Positions 24,730 through 38,990 of a DNA stretch of 64,000 nucleotides are shown one piece after another. Made by a program: the position numbers and the translations under genes. Location: NCBI RefSeq assembly GCF_910592395.1, contig NC_088312.1:2869858-2933857 (forward strand), in the 5' to 3' direction. Numbering within the stretch: position 1 is the first letter of the stretch; each line of letters begins with the position of its first letter. Below the pieces are notes generated by a model that was not told the DNA's origin, ran no database searches, and saw only the letters and a program-made list of their open reading frames with translations. The stretch is from Lineus longissimus (Eukaryota).

Positions 24730-25260
24730 CTATTTGGCAAGCCGCTCGCCGAACAGGCATCTTTTTTTGTCCTGTTTGGAGAGCCGCTTGCCAAACAGCA
24801 CTAAAAAGCCACCCTGTTCGGCAAGCCGGGCTTGCCAAACAGGGCAAAAATACTACCCTCTTTGGCGAGCCGGAGAGGTTACAACATGTTGGCCAATCAG
24901 AGAGCAGTGACGTCATATTCGAATTTATATGCGCATATTTAACAATGGCCGACTTCCTGCTCTCGATTCAATTTCTGTTACTAAACTCGGGTTTTGGTCA
25001 ATAATCCATGAAGAAGCATGTACATGTACATGACTGTATGGATTTACAAAAAAAGTTATAAACGTGATTTAACTGATAGGCATGTTAAATGCATTAGTGT
25101 GCATTTCTAAAGGCGTTTCACTGTAACTCCAGTGTTGCTGACCGTGTTGCCACGAATGATAATGAGCTCCTGGATGGTTGAATATGCATGAGTTCGGCTC
25201 TCCATCAAGGGCAGAAAAAGGCGCTGTTTGGTGAGCCGGGCTTGCCAAATAGTCACTTCC
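24730..25260. repeat. Cluster of 5 palindromic ~30-bp units (ctgtttggcaagccgggcttgccaaacag) in two groups flanking a CCAAT box plus a perfect CRE (tgacgtca) at 24893..24925
   Basis: Units at ~24738, 24776, 24815, 24850 and 25218. The sequence gttggccaatcagagagcagtgacgtcatattcgaatttatatgcgcatat lies between them. Confidence 0.5.
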
Positions 25261-28200
25261 TTTATTATATTGTAATTGCATGCCGTTAGAAAATGTGTAT
25301 TTAATACGGATGCCTATGCGTGAATAAACAGTTAGATTGGAGAAAGCTTTAGAAATGTTTCGGCTTTGACTACGTCCTTGTAATCAAATCGTGGTAACCC
25401 CACGTAGCCTGGAAGAAGGCAGAAGTAATCGAGATGCGGAAAAGGAACGAGAACTTTTCACTAGGCCCTATAACGTCGTCGTCGGAAGTCCTTTTATCGC
25501 CCATTGCTCTAATCGCGACAGCGAGACAGGCATACATTCATATGGTCAATGTCTGCAAAGAAGTCCTCTAAACTAACAATCAAGTAACATTGCCATTGGC
25601 CATCTTTTCCCACTCTTCAAACAAGGTCTTCTCCATGGGTCCATTTCAAATTTGTTATAGTGCGCAAACTCGTCAGTTCAATTCAGTCGAATCGAAGTTG
25701 TCATTAGACGACCGTAATTCGCTCAGGGTGAGCGTCGTAAATGATTCTGTAGTTACTCTGAAAATCTCTCCTGTTTCTGAGGATAACGACAGCCTTTGAC
25801 ACGGACCTTCAACCACAAAGCTTGCAGAATAGAACGCCTCCAGCCATCGCATCTTTTTCGTGATTGATCTTCAGCGGAGTAATTGAAATTATCTGCAGGC
25901 TCAGTGATCAAACGGCTGCATGAAAAATGTGGTCTGCAAGAAATGGCAAAGGAACCATTGTCAATGGGGCGTGGAATTTTATTGCTTTGCCGGATCATTG
26001 GTGATAGATCGCCTTACGTCTTTACCGTGATTGATTGGTGTACATCATAAAGGCCCCATGGACCGGATTTGGGGAGCAGATGTGAAGTGATTGACAACTT
26101 CTTTCAGACATGGCATGTCCTTTGAAGATTTCATTTAAAAATACTAGTTTTCATTGCAATAAACAGCTTTTAAAAACGTAATATAACTTTAAAACTACCA
26201 AGACAATCGTTTGACACCTTGTACATGTACATGTACATGTAATACATGATACATGTAGTTAACAGCTCTTCGTGCATTGAATGTTTGCGCCATTAATGAC
26301 CACCGACTGGCGGTACATAACAGCAAACATCAAAGGGAATTAAACATGTTAATACGCAAAAAGAAAACGCAAAACCATGGCAACTGCATGAGGTCGACAC
26401 AAAATTATAATCCTCTGTGACATATTTCCACCGCTCCAGGAAATAAAAATATAGGAAGTTTTGATCATGGTTTCGGAGGATGATAGATCGACTTGCTTAT
26501 AAATCGTTGTAGAGAAAATTGTAGATTTGGCTTCTCGATTCGCGGGCTGATAATTGATGCGCACTGGTCCCAAGGGAGAGCGGCCCTTTGCATTGTTATT
26601 GCCTTAATTCTATGAAAGGCGTACAGGCGTGAATCCGGCAAGCTTGATTGTGCTCTAATTGAAGACACTGAAGTTGATCCACTGGTAAAACAGCCGGAGT
26701 CATGAATGGAGGATGAAAATATAAGATCGGCGAAATATTATAGGTCAACAGAAAATGCGAAGGGCACATACAAGGATAAGCACCGATACCAGTCGTATGA
26801 CGGACGGCCCAGCGTGGTACTGTAAAATCGGCAAGGAGCCGTCGCAATTGTTCGATGGCAGAAAAACTGTCGTGAAGCGTTTGGGGTTACCAAAATAAAG
26901 ATTTAGCCATACATGAGAGGTTACTTTGTGCACGTAACGGTGTGTCTTTAAAACATCGCAAAACTATAATAAGGAGGTGACGCAAATGGACACGGATGAG
27001 AAGGGATGAGCTGCCCGCATTGCCAAGACTCTGTACGGGCTATGTCGTCTGCTTGCCAGGAAGCGGCAACATGAAAGCATCCTGGTGATAAACGACCCTG
27101 GATTATAATCTCGCGGGAGGATATTAAGATTAATTACTGCCAAGTAATCACGGAGATTCACCAGAGGAAATTTGGGACTATTGGTAATGTCGTCTGCCCT
27201 TCATCAATAGAACTCCAAGAGACGCGGTCGTCTGCTTCATTTGATTATCGGGCAGTGAAATCAAGTTAGCCTAGACATAGTGATAAATGAATGACCAGGT
27301 TGAAAAGGCCTGATGGTGCTAATTGTTTCGCTGGCAGAATTTGGTCCCTACTTCATATCTGTCCTATCATCGTGCATCCCTTCAACGAACTGGATCTGCT
27401 CGTGAAATGACGATTTAGTTGTTGCACCAGAACACTGGCATTCAGCAGTGAGTTCGAGAGTCAGAATCGAGAAGGTTGCTACCCTACTTACATCCTCGTA
27501 ACCAGAGCAGTTTTCAATAAACTCCCCCTCTCGATTTTTGTATATGACGTATACATGGTATAGAGGTGAAAACACCTGACTCTCAGGATGTGATTAGAAC
27601 GAGAGACTCCGAAAGACTTTCCATACCTTATATAAAGAATCTTTCGAAAACCTTTCATTGAAAGATTCTGATATGTCTAGCTATACGACCAGTGTCTTTT
27701 AAGATTGCTACATATACGGCAAACCAGATGAATCAGAACTCTTGTAATTAGTCACCTTTGTTTAATCAATGTTTGTGCTCCAGGTCCAAACTGTCCACCT
27801 CGATCTACACTGTAAAGGCAACCTGGCTCAGAGACCAACCAACTTTGATCCACCTATTAAACACATTTGGCCCCCAAGTGACAGTAATTACTTTTTCATC
27901 CCTGAGTCTTCACTGGCCAAATATTGTCTTGCGGGAGGAGACTTTGTTCTCTAAATGATCATGATTACGCTTGGTCGGTCATGTTGAGGGCTGGATGACG
28001 GTAATTGTATCCCTTGACCTATTACATCATAAAAGACTCCGACATGGGAGGCTCGGAAATCTGGGTTCGCCGTATCTCTGATCATGGCCATCAGTCAGTC
28101 CACTGACGTGTCATCCATGCAGCATGGTCACTAGCAAACAAACTTTCCAACCAAAAGTCAGTTCCGTTTTTCCCTTTATTCCTTACGCGAGGACACACCA

Positions 28201-29235
28201 TGGGAGGGCTTGGGACACTTTCCAATCTCACCTTGCAACAACCCACACCTCGAATCTCCTTCAATAAGATTAAAAAGTGTTGAAATACATATGCTTATCT
28301 TTTGAGAAATCATCAGAACGGATCCCCTTCACAAATCTTTTGTTCGACAGATATTTCCCTGTGGGTTTTAACTGATACACCTTTTGCAGCGACCTCAATG
28401 CAGCATTGATGCCCGAGGACCTTTTAGACAAGGATGCATCCTAATGACTTCATACACGTTCAGCGATACCGTCCAATCTTCCTTTGCAAAGTTGTAGTTT
28501 ATCAAATTTAATGGTGATGAGATTTTCTCCATCGTGCATATCTTGGCTGATAAAGACCCTCAGAAGGGAGAATTGGAGTAATTAACTCAATACACCGTGA
28601 GGGTTGCAAGGCAGGACATTGATTTAATGAGAGATAAACCCCTCAGGGGATGAATCCCTCTTCATCGAATGTCTCGAAATAACCTGGCAAAAATGTGGCT
28701 ATCAGATCGAAAGACTTCGAAGATATTCATCTGATGTTTTGTGCGAAAGACAGACATGAACTTGAATTGTAGGATCGATGGTATTTTCTTCACAGCAACG
28801 CCAAAGTCAAGTCAGATTCAATTGCGAGGTCTATCATTTTCCTGGCATTGTTTTTGCTCAGGGATCAGCGCGAAGACACCAAATGGAAGTGTCTCACTCC
28901 ATCATGCACTAATGCAACAACGACAACACTGCTATTGATCAGCAATCAGCATTATCAAACACCGGACGGTTGCCGTCAGTTAGGCCTACTTCAAACACGT
29001 TGATTTTGGCTGCTGCTATCCTTTTCAAAATCTCTGGACATGGTTGGTTGAGACAGTTTTATTTCGTGTTTTCACCCTGATGGCACACTTTTGTGTAGCG
29101 TACATGTACGTATTTGTGCAGAACACTGTCACTAATCCGTCAGTGGTCCTTGGGTGGTTGTGACATCAATCACACCGGCGTGAGAGGTGATACACATGCT
29201 GTCCTTGTTCAAAAAACAAAGTCAGCAAACCGAGA

Positions 29236-29385
29236 TGCGAGATACATTGTACAACATGGACAGAGCGACTCATCCGCCAGGACACGATCCTCATTCCTCC
29301 TCGCCAGCATAGATACATTGTACAACATGGACAGACCGACTTATCCGCCAGGACACGATCCCCATTTCTCCTCGCCAGCATAGCT
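29236..29385. repeat. Tandem duplication of a ~70-bp unit (gatacattgtacaacatggacag.gcgact.atccgccaggacacgatcc.cat.tcctcgccagcata)
   Basis: Two adjacent near-identical copies. Confidence 0.8.
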
Positions 29386-32002
29386 TTTCCTTTGGACCAA
29401 TAAAAGTCCGAGACCCATCATAATGTCTGGTAATGTACATGGATACGTAAAAAAACGAACGAATTTGGCATCTCTCCGACCTCGTCTCATTAGGTAAGCT
29501 AGTCCATGGTATAATTATTTTATCACACAACATTTGTTTGATGAACGAGCGGACTGCTTAATGTTTTCTGTTATGGCCCTTAATGTTCTGCAATGTTGGT
29601 AGAATTAAACGTATTGGCGCGTTATATGGGAGTCGGGTCGGGGTTATTTATCGGTTGTGGATATTGCTCTCCTGGGCGAGTCCTCGGCAAGCCAATGGCA
29701 CCTGCTATGGTGCAAGCATCCAACTATGGCTTCAGTGGCAGTTGGTTACGACCCATCGGGGACATTAACGGCCTCGGAAGATTTATCGTCCACAGGGCGT
29801 CATTATTTTATTATTTATATTGCACTTCTAGAAATCAGACAGTCATGGATCCGATTGTTTTGGGCTGCTGCTGCTCGGGGACTACCATAAAGTGATGATT
29901 TAGCGGTAGTCGAACCCCCCGGACCTCCTCCTCTCGGTGGCTAGTTTGACTTCATCTGTGGAAACCAGTAACCAGTATCAAAATTCTTCGTAGTCATTGC
30001 CGGTATAAGCCCCCATGATAGCTTCTTCCTTTCGTCTCCCTTTGTAGTTCCTTTGCGTTCCACCTGGAACCAAGAATTTGTTTATCAACAAGGGAATGGC
30101 CTAAACTATACCTTATGACAGTAGCTGTCACAATGCTAAAAGAATTGTAGACTGTCTTCTGAAGAACACATGCAGTTGCGCGTGCGAAACGACTACGATG
30201 TGGAGCGAAGCGACTGGGGGCGAAATCGTCAGGGAGCGAAATGATAGATGACACTACGCCATGGAGATGCCGAACTGTGCAACGGCGCTTCGTTAGGCAG
30301 TTTGAATGTGTCGTCAAACAAATTCGTTTTAAAAGTTTTATTTCGTGCCAACTATGGATTTATCTGTTGATTTGATTTTAGGATATCATACGTAAAGGTG
30401 TATTAGGTAAGAATTTTAAGGGTTTGGTTCATAAATGACCACAAAAAGTGGATGTTATGCGAACTTTTCGACGATGTCCAAAGCGCCACTATCGGGATAC
30501 AGTGTTGTATGCAGTTGTGCACAGTGTTGCATACAGTTGTGCACAGTGTTGTGTATCATGAGGTATTGTGGTAGCTTTATGCATGTATGTGTGGAGAGAA
30601 GATGTTTCAGTGACACTGACAGCCTGGAACCAAGAATTTGATTATCAACAAGGGTATGGCCTAAACTGGGGGATTGAAATGCTGTAATTATAATTGAAAT
30701 GACCTCCATGGCTCCAATGCATATCTCCTTCAAAGAAAACACTGCATCGTCATGCACAAATGAGAAAGGTTAAATTTTGGGGATCAAACTACAACAAAGT
30801 TATATTCTGACACCTCCGTAATGAATAAGACCAAGATTTGTATAATATAATTACCCATGTAGCTATGATTACATTCAGCTGCTCTAAACAATAGCTTGAT
30901 TATAATATTTAAGGGCTCTTTGATCTTCTAAGTTATAGTCCTGTTGGGTTGACACTTTCTGTCCCTACAGATTTGTATGCTTCGTTACCTTCATCTTATA
31001 ATAAAACAAAAGGATTAGTTTCCTGATGCAGGGCTGAGTTGTGATCAACAGCAGGACAGCTTTAACCTAGGCCTCGGGGATGACTGGGCCTTTTAGCCTG
31101 TAGATCATTTTGAGTTTGATCATTTTGGATTATACAAGCCCTTTTCCCTTGTCCCGCAATGACAAGGATTTCACCTCAGTTTTTGCTTTGAATGTTGTAG
31201 ACAGGATTAGTGTGGTTCATACCTCTAACTGTGCTGAGATGTGTAAGTACTGTATTCATCTTGCATTTCACCTATAGACTTAGTGCTCGGCTCTGGCAGT
31301 ATTGCCTATACCATAGCTGAGATGATACTGTCCTAGCCCTGCAATGGATCATGATGTCCATGTGTTATGGATAAGCGCATGTGCCTTTCAATGAGTTGAC
31401 ATCATGCCTTAAGAAAAGGCATTGCTGAAGGCAATAGGGATAATGCAAATTGGCCAAAGAACTACCTAGACTATACTTTGAAGGATCCTTTGTTTTTGTC
31501 AAATATTGTATAAAGCTCTCTGCATTACATTCTAATTTAGCTTTTCAACTGTCGTCAATACTGATATCGGCATGATTCTTCATTATGTTATTGTGGTCGT
31601 TGATTTTGACGCAGTGGTCGTCACATGGGCAGTCTTTCCTGTATGATTCTGTCATCACAAAGAAAAATCGGTTTTCACCTTTAAGCAAACCTGTCGCAAA
31701 ACATCTTTCATTAGACATGTGTCGATACAATATGACAACCCTTGTTGATGACAAGTCTGCATAATTGTTGGTGCATACCATGAAAAACATGCCATGACCA
31801 TGATGACCCCCTACAGCTCTGTGGCACATTCTGTGGGATGATAATGGTTATTGTCAGGAGCAGTTTTACTCTCAACCAAAGATTGTGGATTTGGACCCTA
31901 GTAATGATCATAGCTTTGTTACCCCATGTCGAACTCACTCAAGGTGAACTATCTGAACATACCATCATTGATGATGTTTGTCATTCTCTCTTTTCAGTTT
32001 TG

Positions 32003-32125
32003 ATGGCCACTAACCTTGGCATGGCATCCCTTGCTGACAAGCTCCGCCTAGCCGCCAGCAAGGGACAGTTTGATAAGGTGGAGGAGCTGCTCAGAGCTGG
32101 GGCCAATACCTACGATACAGACAAT
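32003..32125 (+). CDS. ANKRD6: Ankyrin-repeat protein (ANKRD6/Diversin/Diego-like), coding exon 1 (ATG..GACAAT|gtaagt), 41 codons, MATNLGMASLADKLRLAASKGQFDKVEELLRAGANTYDTDN
   Basis: ATG at 32003 sits 5 nt after a ttttcag acceptor. The ORF runs to a gtaagt donor at 32126 and encodes an ankyrin cap that is collinear with the following exons. Remembered similarity to the Diversin N-terminus (LSERLLVAAYKGQ..). Confidence 0.7.
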
Positions 32126-35100
32126 GTAAGTACCCTGTCATTTTGTCGGAGAGTGAGACTGAGTCTGGCACAAAAGTCTCCAGGCGCTAAGCTTGGGGGT
32201 TTCTTCTTGTTGTACAGAGCAGGGTAATTGAATCTCTCAGTCTCAGATACATTCCCTCCGACTTAGAACTTCACTTTTCTCAGACTGTAGATTGTCTTGA
32301 TCCTCTCAACTTATCCACCTCATCCAGTACTTTTATATCTGAATTTACAGTTCAAAGTTGCCATTGAATGAATTATATTCAATTGGCAAATCTTCTTCAA
32401 AGTTGCCAATGCTAATTCTTATGGCTATGTTTAGCTTGAGACTTTAAAATCAACCTTATTCTTGTACACAAGGATGTTCATCACCTCACTGGGAATCTGA
32501 TTTCATGGTGACTTGCGATGAATTGTCAGTATGAGACCTGGTGTCTGGGGTGGGTGTGACTGGCTAACATGACTTGTCACAACAATGTGGTTCAGGACAT
32601 AGTCCTGGTTTTGATCAAAATCTTTCAGTTGAGCTGAAGTGAAAATGACTGAATGAAGGTTTCTCTTTCTCAGTGCAGTAGTGCAATAGTGCAAAAAAAG
32701 CTTTTTATTGGAGAAAGAAACATAATTCATTTTCACAATCGGATAATTATATCGTCATGACAACATGGATAATCCTAATGTATAGTTTCAGACAAACAAT
32801 TTAGCACATGTAGTAAGGCTCTATCAATCTTCATCAATTTTTTACCCCAAATTGACTGGTTTGTGATCAATAAGCCTAATCTTGCATCAATTTTCAGATT
32901 ATCGCATGGAATGGAAACCGCTTTTGATCTCAAAAAGAAACCTAACGAGTCAATCTTTAGCAAATATGCAACATAGTGTGATCGTTGTTAGCCTTTTAAA
33001 GGTCATGTACAACGTTTGATGTATGTTCACTCTCAATAACTTCATGACTAGTACGTCCAAAGTTGTAACATGCAAGTGGAAGGAGCATGTGAGTGACCTT
33101 GGTATGCTAACAGTGGTTGTGGCCAACAAAGGGTTGGCAACTTTGTGTATCATTTCCGATAATTTGTACAAGCTATTGGAACACCTTTGAAGTTGAAATA
33201 ACAATAGCAACCAAGATCATTATTGAATTATCATCCAGCGATCTACTTTTAGAAATTGGAGACCTTTGGTATTGTAGTGCGGCTATCAGCACTTGGATAC
33301 AATTGTCAGACCACTTGAGGATGATGTCTGACAGCTGGTATGAATATCAAGTGGGAATGTGTAAGAGTGAGCGCAGAGAGGAGAGTTTTGGATCCTGCTG
33401 GCCTTCGAAGACTTCCCTTGATCAGCACCTCAAATATCCTCGACACACTTAGTTGGACTTTGTTTCTGTTTTGACCAGGTTGGCAACAGGATTTCTTATG
33501 ATGTTCGAACAGAAAAACCAGATTACCATGAAGTTGTCCCTCTGTCTTGTACCTGTCTTCATGTGGTTTAAAGAAGTTGGTCAGTGAAGGGGGCAGATCT
33601 GGTATTATCATAATATTACATCTAGTTTGCTGTTTCCCTGATGTCTGACAAGAATTTAGATTCTCTTGATTGATTTCGAAAACACTGCCAAACCACTAAC
33701 ACTGGTTATGATCGGGTGTGTACCTGCAAACAGGCAGTTCACTAATCTCAGACTGTCCTTACTTGACACTCGGCTCTTAATTCAATATTTGTGGAGTTTT
33801 AGAACTTAGTTTGGGCCACAATTTTCGGAATTGTACCAGTCATGGTAAACATTTCTAAGGCCTGGCGGAGCAGAGAAAGGAATGAATCGAAAGTATGTCA
33901 GTGTACTCGCGAAATGTATGTTTGTTTCATCAGGCCCAGTATGGCACTTCATGTCCCCGTAATAGAAAAGTAGGCGGTTTGTGGTGTATTTACCCTTAAT
34001 ATTCCTTTCACAAGCCAATATGGAGTTGAACAGGAACACTAAATTCAAATAATTCAAAGGAACAGGACATGTCATTGTGTATAAAAGATATACTTTTACT
34101 TGACAATATTTGTACAAGACGTGCTGTACATGCTAAGTGCCTAAATTATTTCTATGCTTCTCACTCGACCAAACCCAAATAGCGTCTACCACTTGAATGT
34201 CGAAATAGCTGTACAATTATCCGCCAGATTTGGCAAGCACAACATAGGCCCTAGCATTTCCTAATGACTTCTTGGATGTGAATGAAGCATGCTAAACCTC
34301 TCTATTAGAAAGAACAATGTTTACACTCAAACAGGACACAAACATTTAGGCGGATTATTTCAATATTTCAAGTACCTATCGTCTAAGGTAGTTTCTTTAG
34401 GGCCACTAACTTTTAATTGCTGGCCACCCTATACCTTGTGTTGACAACCCTACTTTGTGAAAACCCTGTGGAGAACTCTGCATATCTTTCAAATATCAGA
34501 ATCGATTTGCCGTAATTGGCATTGACAAATATTGCTTTGTCGTCGGGATCGTCCATGATTTAAAGCATTGAGGAGCATTGAGATTTGAATGTTAGGCAGT
34601 TTTTTGGTAAAACCACATGATGTACTCATGGTACAATGTAATCATGTTTGAAGAGATGATTGTGAATAAGCCAAGCGGGGTGTCCTCTGTCGCAAGCTGA
34701 GAGGGTCATGACCCTCATAGCATTCAACTGGATCGTAGTGCCTGATTCATGGTCACTGTTGGGGGTACACATGGTACAATATGTACTTGTTCTGTATACA
34801 CATTGCTGGTTCAAATTGTACAAGATATGTATTGGCTACTTTGATGGACGATTTTTCATATCTTATTACAGGAGATTTCAAGCTAAACGATGACTGATTA
34901 TACAAGTTACTAAATAAAATTGTCAGTGCAATATGGAAAATTAATGATAAGGAAAAAATCAATTTGTAGTGAGGACTTTTAACACAAATGATGGTTGGTT
35001 GGTTGGTATCAGGGAAATTGGAAATTGGGACTTCATGTAACTCAACTCAGTCATGACTGTTGGCGACTGAGTGGTTCATTATGGGTTCCACTGCATTGAA

Positions 35101-35455
35101 CCCACTCCTGTGATAATTTGCCATACAAGTTGCCACACTTTTGGTTCGATATTTGGTGGTTTCCCGTTGAATCTCGAGAGCATTGTCATTGGTTGTAGGT
35201 GCAGCTGTTAGAGTGGACTCAAACCTCTGTTTGGAGGAATCGTTTCATGTAAATAAGGTCAATATAGAATATATTCAGACTTTAGATATGTGCTGCTGCC
35301 TCCCCCCCCCCCCCCCTCCAAGTTTTCCCTCCGGTCAATTGTGTCTGCATGGTCATTGCCTTTCTGGTGTTACAATGACAATATCCTGGGGATCATTTTG
35401 GAAGTATACTCCTGTCTGAAAGGTTGTAACATCTATCACTTTTATCTTGCTTCAG

Positions 35456-35554
35456 GAAGGAAGGTCTTCCCTGCATCTGGCTTGCTACCATGGCTTCCCT
35501 GATGTCACCCAAATTCTTCTCGATGCTGGATCTGATGTCAATACACAAGATCAT
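35456..35554 (+). CDS. ANKRD6: ANKRD6-like exon 2, 99 nt phase 0, EGRSSLHLACYHGFPDVTQILLDAGSDVNTQDH
   Basis: cttgcttcag|GAAGG acceptor and CAT|gtaagt donor. The exon encodes exactly one 33-aa ankyrin repeat. Confidence 0.8.
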
Positions 35555-35639
35555 GTAAGTAAAAAGATCAACGGCACATGTATGGTTACTTAAGTGGGCA
35601 ACTCTTTATCTTTGGTGGCTGCAGGATTGCATGGACTAC

Positions 35640-35960
35640 ATCGAATAAGTTGCCTGTGTGTATGTGCTGTAGTTGCCTGTGTGTGTGTGCTGTAGTTGCC
35701 TGTGTGTGTGTGCTGTAGTTGCCTGTGTGTATGTGCTGTAGTTGCCTGTGTGTATGTACTGTAGTTGCCTGTGTGTATGTGCTGTAGTTGCCTGTGTGTA
35801 TGTGCTGTAGTTGCCTGTGTGTATGTACTGAAGTTGCCTGTGTGTATGTACTGTAGTTGCCTGTGTGTATGTACTGTAGTTGCCTGTGTGTATGTACTGT
35901 AGTTGCCTGTGTGTATGTACTGTAGTTGCCTGTGTGTATGCACTGTTTTGCCTGTGTGGG
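35640..35960. repeat. 26-bp tandem repeat (gtagttgcctgtgtgtatgtgctgta) x12 in ANKRD6-like intron 1
   Basis: Near-perfect periodicity. It generates the spurious repetitive ORFs 35590..36006- and 35636..36169-. Confidence 0.9.
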
Positions 35961-37530
35961 GTTGTGGTGGCATGTTTGTATGCAACAGCATGTTGAATGA
36001 AATCAAATAAATTGGTGCGTTTGGTTATATGTGATTGTTTCCTCATATGAGACTGTACTGTATTCATGACAGGTGCCAAAACACAACTGACGACATATAC
36101 TTCTATATAGGTCAGGATAAAGAAGGATTCAACGTGAATGAACTGCTTTACGCGTGGTGAACTTGTCACCTAAACATAGGCCTAAGCTTCCGCTCAAATA
36201 AAGATCCGCTTCAGGCAACCGGTGCTCGGTTTAACCGTCTTGTCAATAACACGTAGATTGCTGATCTAATTTCTCCAGGATTTCATGCACAAGCAATGAA
36301 AATATAGGTTTACAAAACTTGTTAAAATATCCCAGGGCGAAATGAAATTATCAAAGTAAACTTGTGACATTGTAGTTTTGGACAATCCAGTACATACCGG
36401 ACATGTTTACTTAATTCATTTTCTGCACACAATAGGAAGGACTGCTATAGGTCCATGACAACTGAAATGATATTGCTGTCCTAGGAAGTTTATTTGTGGA
36501 AAAATGATTTGCCTAGAGCCAGCGAATTCGTTTATGTGTAGTATTCTTATGATCTTGGAATAACTCATCAATGTGGCCATTTTGTTGGGACAAAAAAATC
36601 TTGGGCTGGCTATTCAAAAGAAAAATGTCCAACTAATTCATATTAACCAAGTATTCATAGACCTCTTGATATAACATACTGTCTCCCTCTGCTGCTGCAT
36701 TGTCCCTGGTCAGGAAATTACTGAATCAATCAAACATCAATAGAACCCTACGGGATACATGTCACTCACTGTCAGTGCTGTCCCAGCACCACTGCTACCT
36801 ATCATGGAATATGAATGAGGTCAAGCACATTGCCCGAGGAATTTGCTCAGCACTTCACTATAATGTAGTTTACCCGTCTCACCTACAAGAATTGGACTCT
36901 CAAGAAATAAAAATTCATAATAGTTCTCATACGCAGCACCTCTTGACAATTTCAAGAGTATTATAGCGATCCCCCTAAAATTATTTTCGTACAACAATGA
37001 GCAAGTCAGGTCAAATGTTGCACAGTTAGGCAGATCTGTATACGCAGGTGTTGGACTGAATATTTGTCACTTCAGTGTTAGCGCATTCTATTGCGGTCTT
37101 TTGAATTTCCTGGCCGTTAAATTTAATGTCGGAAATGAATGCTTTTGGCAATAAAGGTCGGGGTGTATAGCCTAATTTGGGGTCAAGCGATCTTTGTTGT
37201 GGTTATTCCAGTTTGCCCACAATGGCGATCTAGCTCCAGTGATAATTGGATGGGTCTGACCGAAGAGAATTTAGAAAGTTAACGCGTATTCAATCCATAT
37301 TCTCCGATTGATAACAGGATATTTTGAGATAAACAAATATTAGAAATCGAAATAAGAATTTGATAGTGGTGACCTAGTACATGTCCAATAAACTCTCTAT
37401 CACGCATGATCTGCTGGCGGTCCTCCAGTCCAAAGGATTTTGTCCACGTAAGCAAATCACAATATCTGCCCCTGTCTAATGTTTTTCGGAAATATGATCT
37501 TGTATTCATGTTCAACTCATCTCCTTGCAG

Positions 37531-37632
37531 ATGGGCTACACCCCTCTTCACCGAGCAGCTTCTCAGGGCCACCGTGAGATTATCAACCTTCTGCTTGCGA
37601 GAGAGTGTCTCCTCGATATCCAGGATAGAGTG
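37531..37632 (+). CDS. ANKRD6: ANKRD6-like exon 3, 102 nt phase 0, MGYTPLHRAASQGHREIINLLLARECLLDIQDRV
   Basis: ctccttgcag|ATGGGC acceptor and GTG|gtaagg donor. TPLHxAAxxGH ankyrin consensus. Confidence 0.8.
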
Positions 37633-38427
37633 GTAAGGGTCAAGGCGGATCTAGATACAATTGAAGAAGAAATATTTTGTCGAATGTTGGCCAAGATTAC
37701 CGACTAACCTGATATCATGAAGATGAAAAAAAGGATGAATTTTGATGATAACGTTGGCAGTATATAAAACTATGGGTCATATGAAAGAAAAGCTTGTATG
37801 AAGGAAGTGAATGGACTTGTTGACTGAGGAATAGGCCTAGTTTCCTTTGAGGTTTAAAAAGAAGTACCTTGGCCCAGCTGATCAGTTGATCTTGCAGGAT
37901 TATCTTAATCAATCAGCTTATTCTCTGACTTTCTCCTAACGTTGAAGCATTCTGTGACCTTACCTGTCGCAAATAGTTAGTGTAGCAACCTGGGGGTTCA
38001 TTTTTCCATTATTTTGGACAAAAAGGACCTGAATTAGTAATCCATATGCTTTTGTATTGATTGATCCTAATCATGGCAATATTTTGGTTATTGAATGGTC
38101 TACAATAAGGGTTTATATTATAATCCTAATATGGGTTAGGTCTCTGGGTAATTAGCCATATGGCTCATTACTCTTGTTTTCTTTAAGTCTGAGTCCTTGG
38201 TGCACAGCTTTCTCCAGCAAAATATGCTCGAGCGAGTTTATGTTTCTTTGTCAAATAAATATTGGGCAGGAATTTTCACTTTGATCTTAAATTATTACAT
38301 ATTTCATAAACTCTCGTTAGTAACCAATGTTTCGTTAGTTGTATCATGTGTTATATTGCTTTCTGTTGTCACATCTTGGAAAATTCTTTGAGATGTTGAT
38401 ATTGATATCTTGAAAATACATTTTCAG

Positions 38428-38526
38428 CATGGAAATGCCCCCATCCACGAGGCTGCCTGGAATGGGTTCAGTGAATCTCTAGATATGCTCATCAAGGCAA
38501 AGGCTAGAATCTTCCTCACAAACAAG
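38428..38526 (+). CDS. ANKRD6: ANKRD6-like exon 4, 99 nt, HGNAPIHEAAWNGFSESLDMLIKAKARIFLTNK
   Basis: ttttcag|CAT acceptor and AAG|gtacga donor. The HEAAWNGFSES segment matches the remembered Diversin HEASWHGFSQS. Confidence 0.8.
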
Positions 38527-38651
38527 GTACGAGTCTTCACATTTTTGAAGGTTATTTTATTTGAGTTCGTTGTACCCACTGCCACTGGAGGGTACAAGGC
38601 TGCACTACATACTGGAGTGACCCCTCTCATCATCTTCTTTTCTCATTTCAG

Positions 38652-38750
38652 TCCGGTTTCACAGCTCTCCATCTTGCGTCCCAGAATGGTCACAACCAGA
38701 GTGCCAGGGTCCTCCTCTATGGCAATGCCAATGCTGACATGAAAAACAAT
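38652..38750 (+). CDS. ANKRD6: ANKRD6-like exon 5, 99 nt, SGFTALHLASQNGHNQSARVLLYGNANADMKNN
   Basis: tcatttcag|TCC acceptor and AAT|gtatgt donor. One ankyrin repeat. Confidence 0.8.
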
Positions 38751-38990
38751 GTATGTACTAACTTTTAAATTCCTCTACCTTCATTGGTCTGGGAGAATAT
38801 CAAAACAGTAAAACCTAATCTATATACAGCATACCCCTGGAACTGACAAATGCTGTCCTCAATAGAGGGGTTTCCAGATTACCAATGACAAATTCAGCGT
38901 CCTTAACAGGTAGGGTGTGCTGCTAACAGAAGTGTCCGCTAAGATTTGTCCTACTTTATCATGGGTAACCCATATTCTTTTTCCTTCCAG

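Noticed and set aside
35590-36169. 138-aa and 177-aa minus-strand ORFs with repeating TAHTHRQLQYIHTGNYSTYTQAT peptides
   Set aside because: Pure translation of the 26-bp intronic tandem repeat. The periodic peptide is an artefact.
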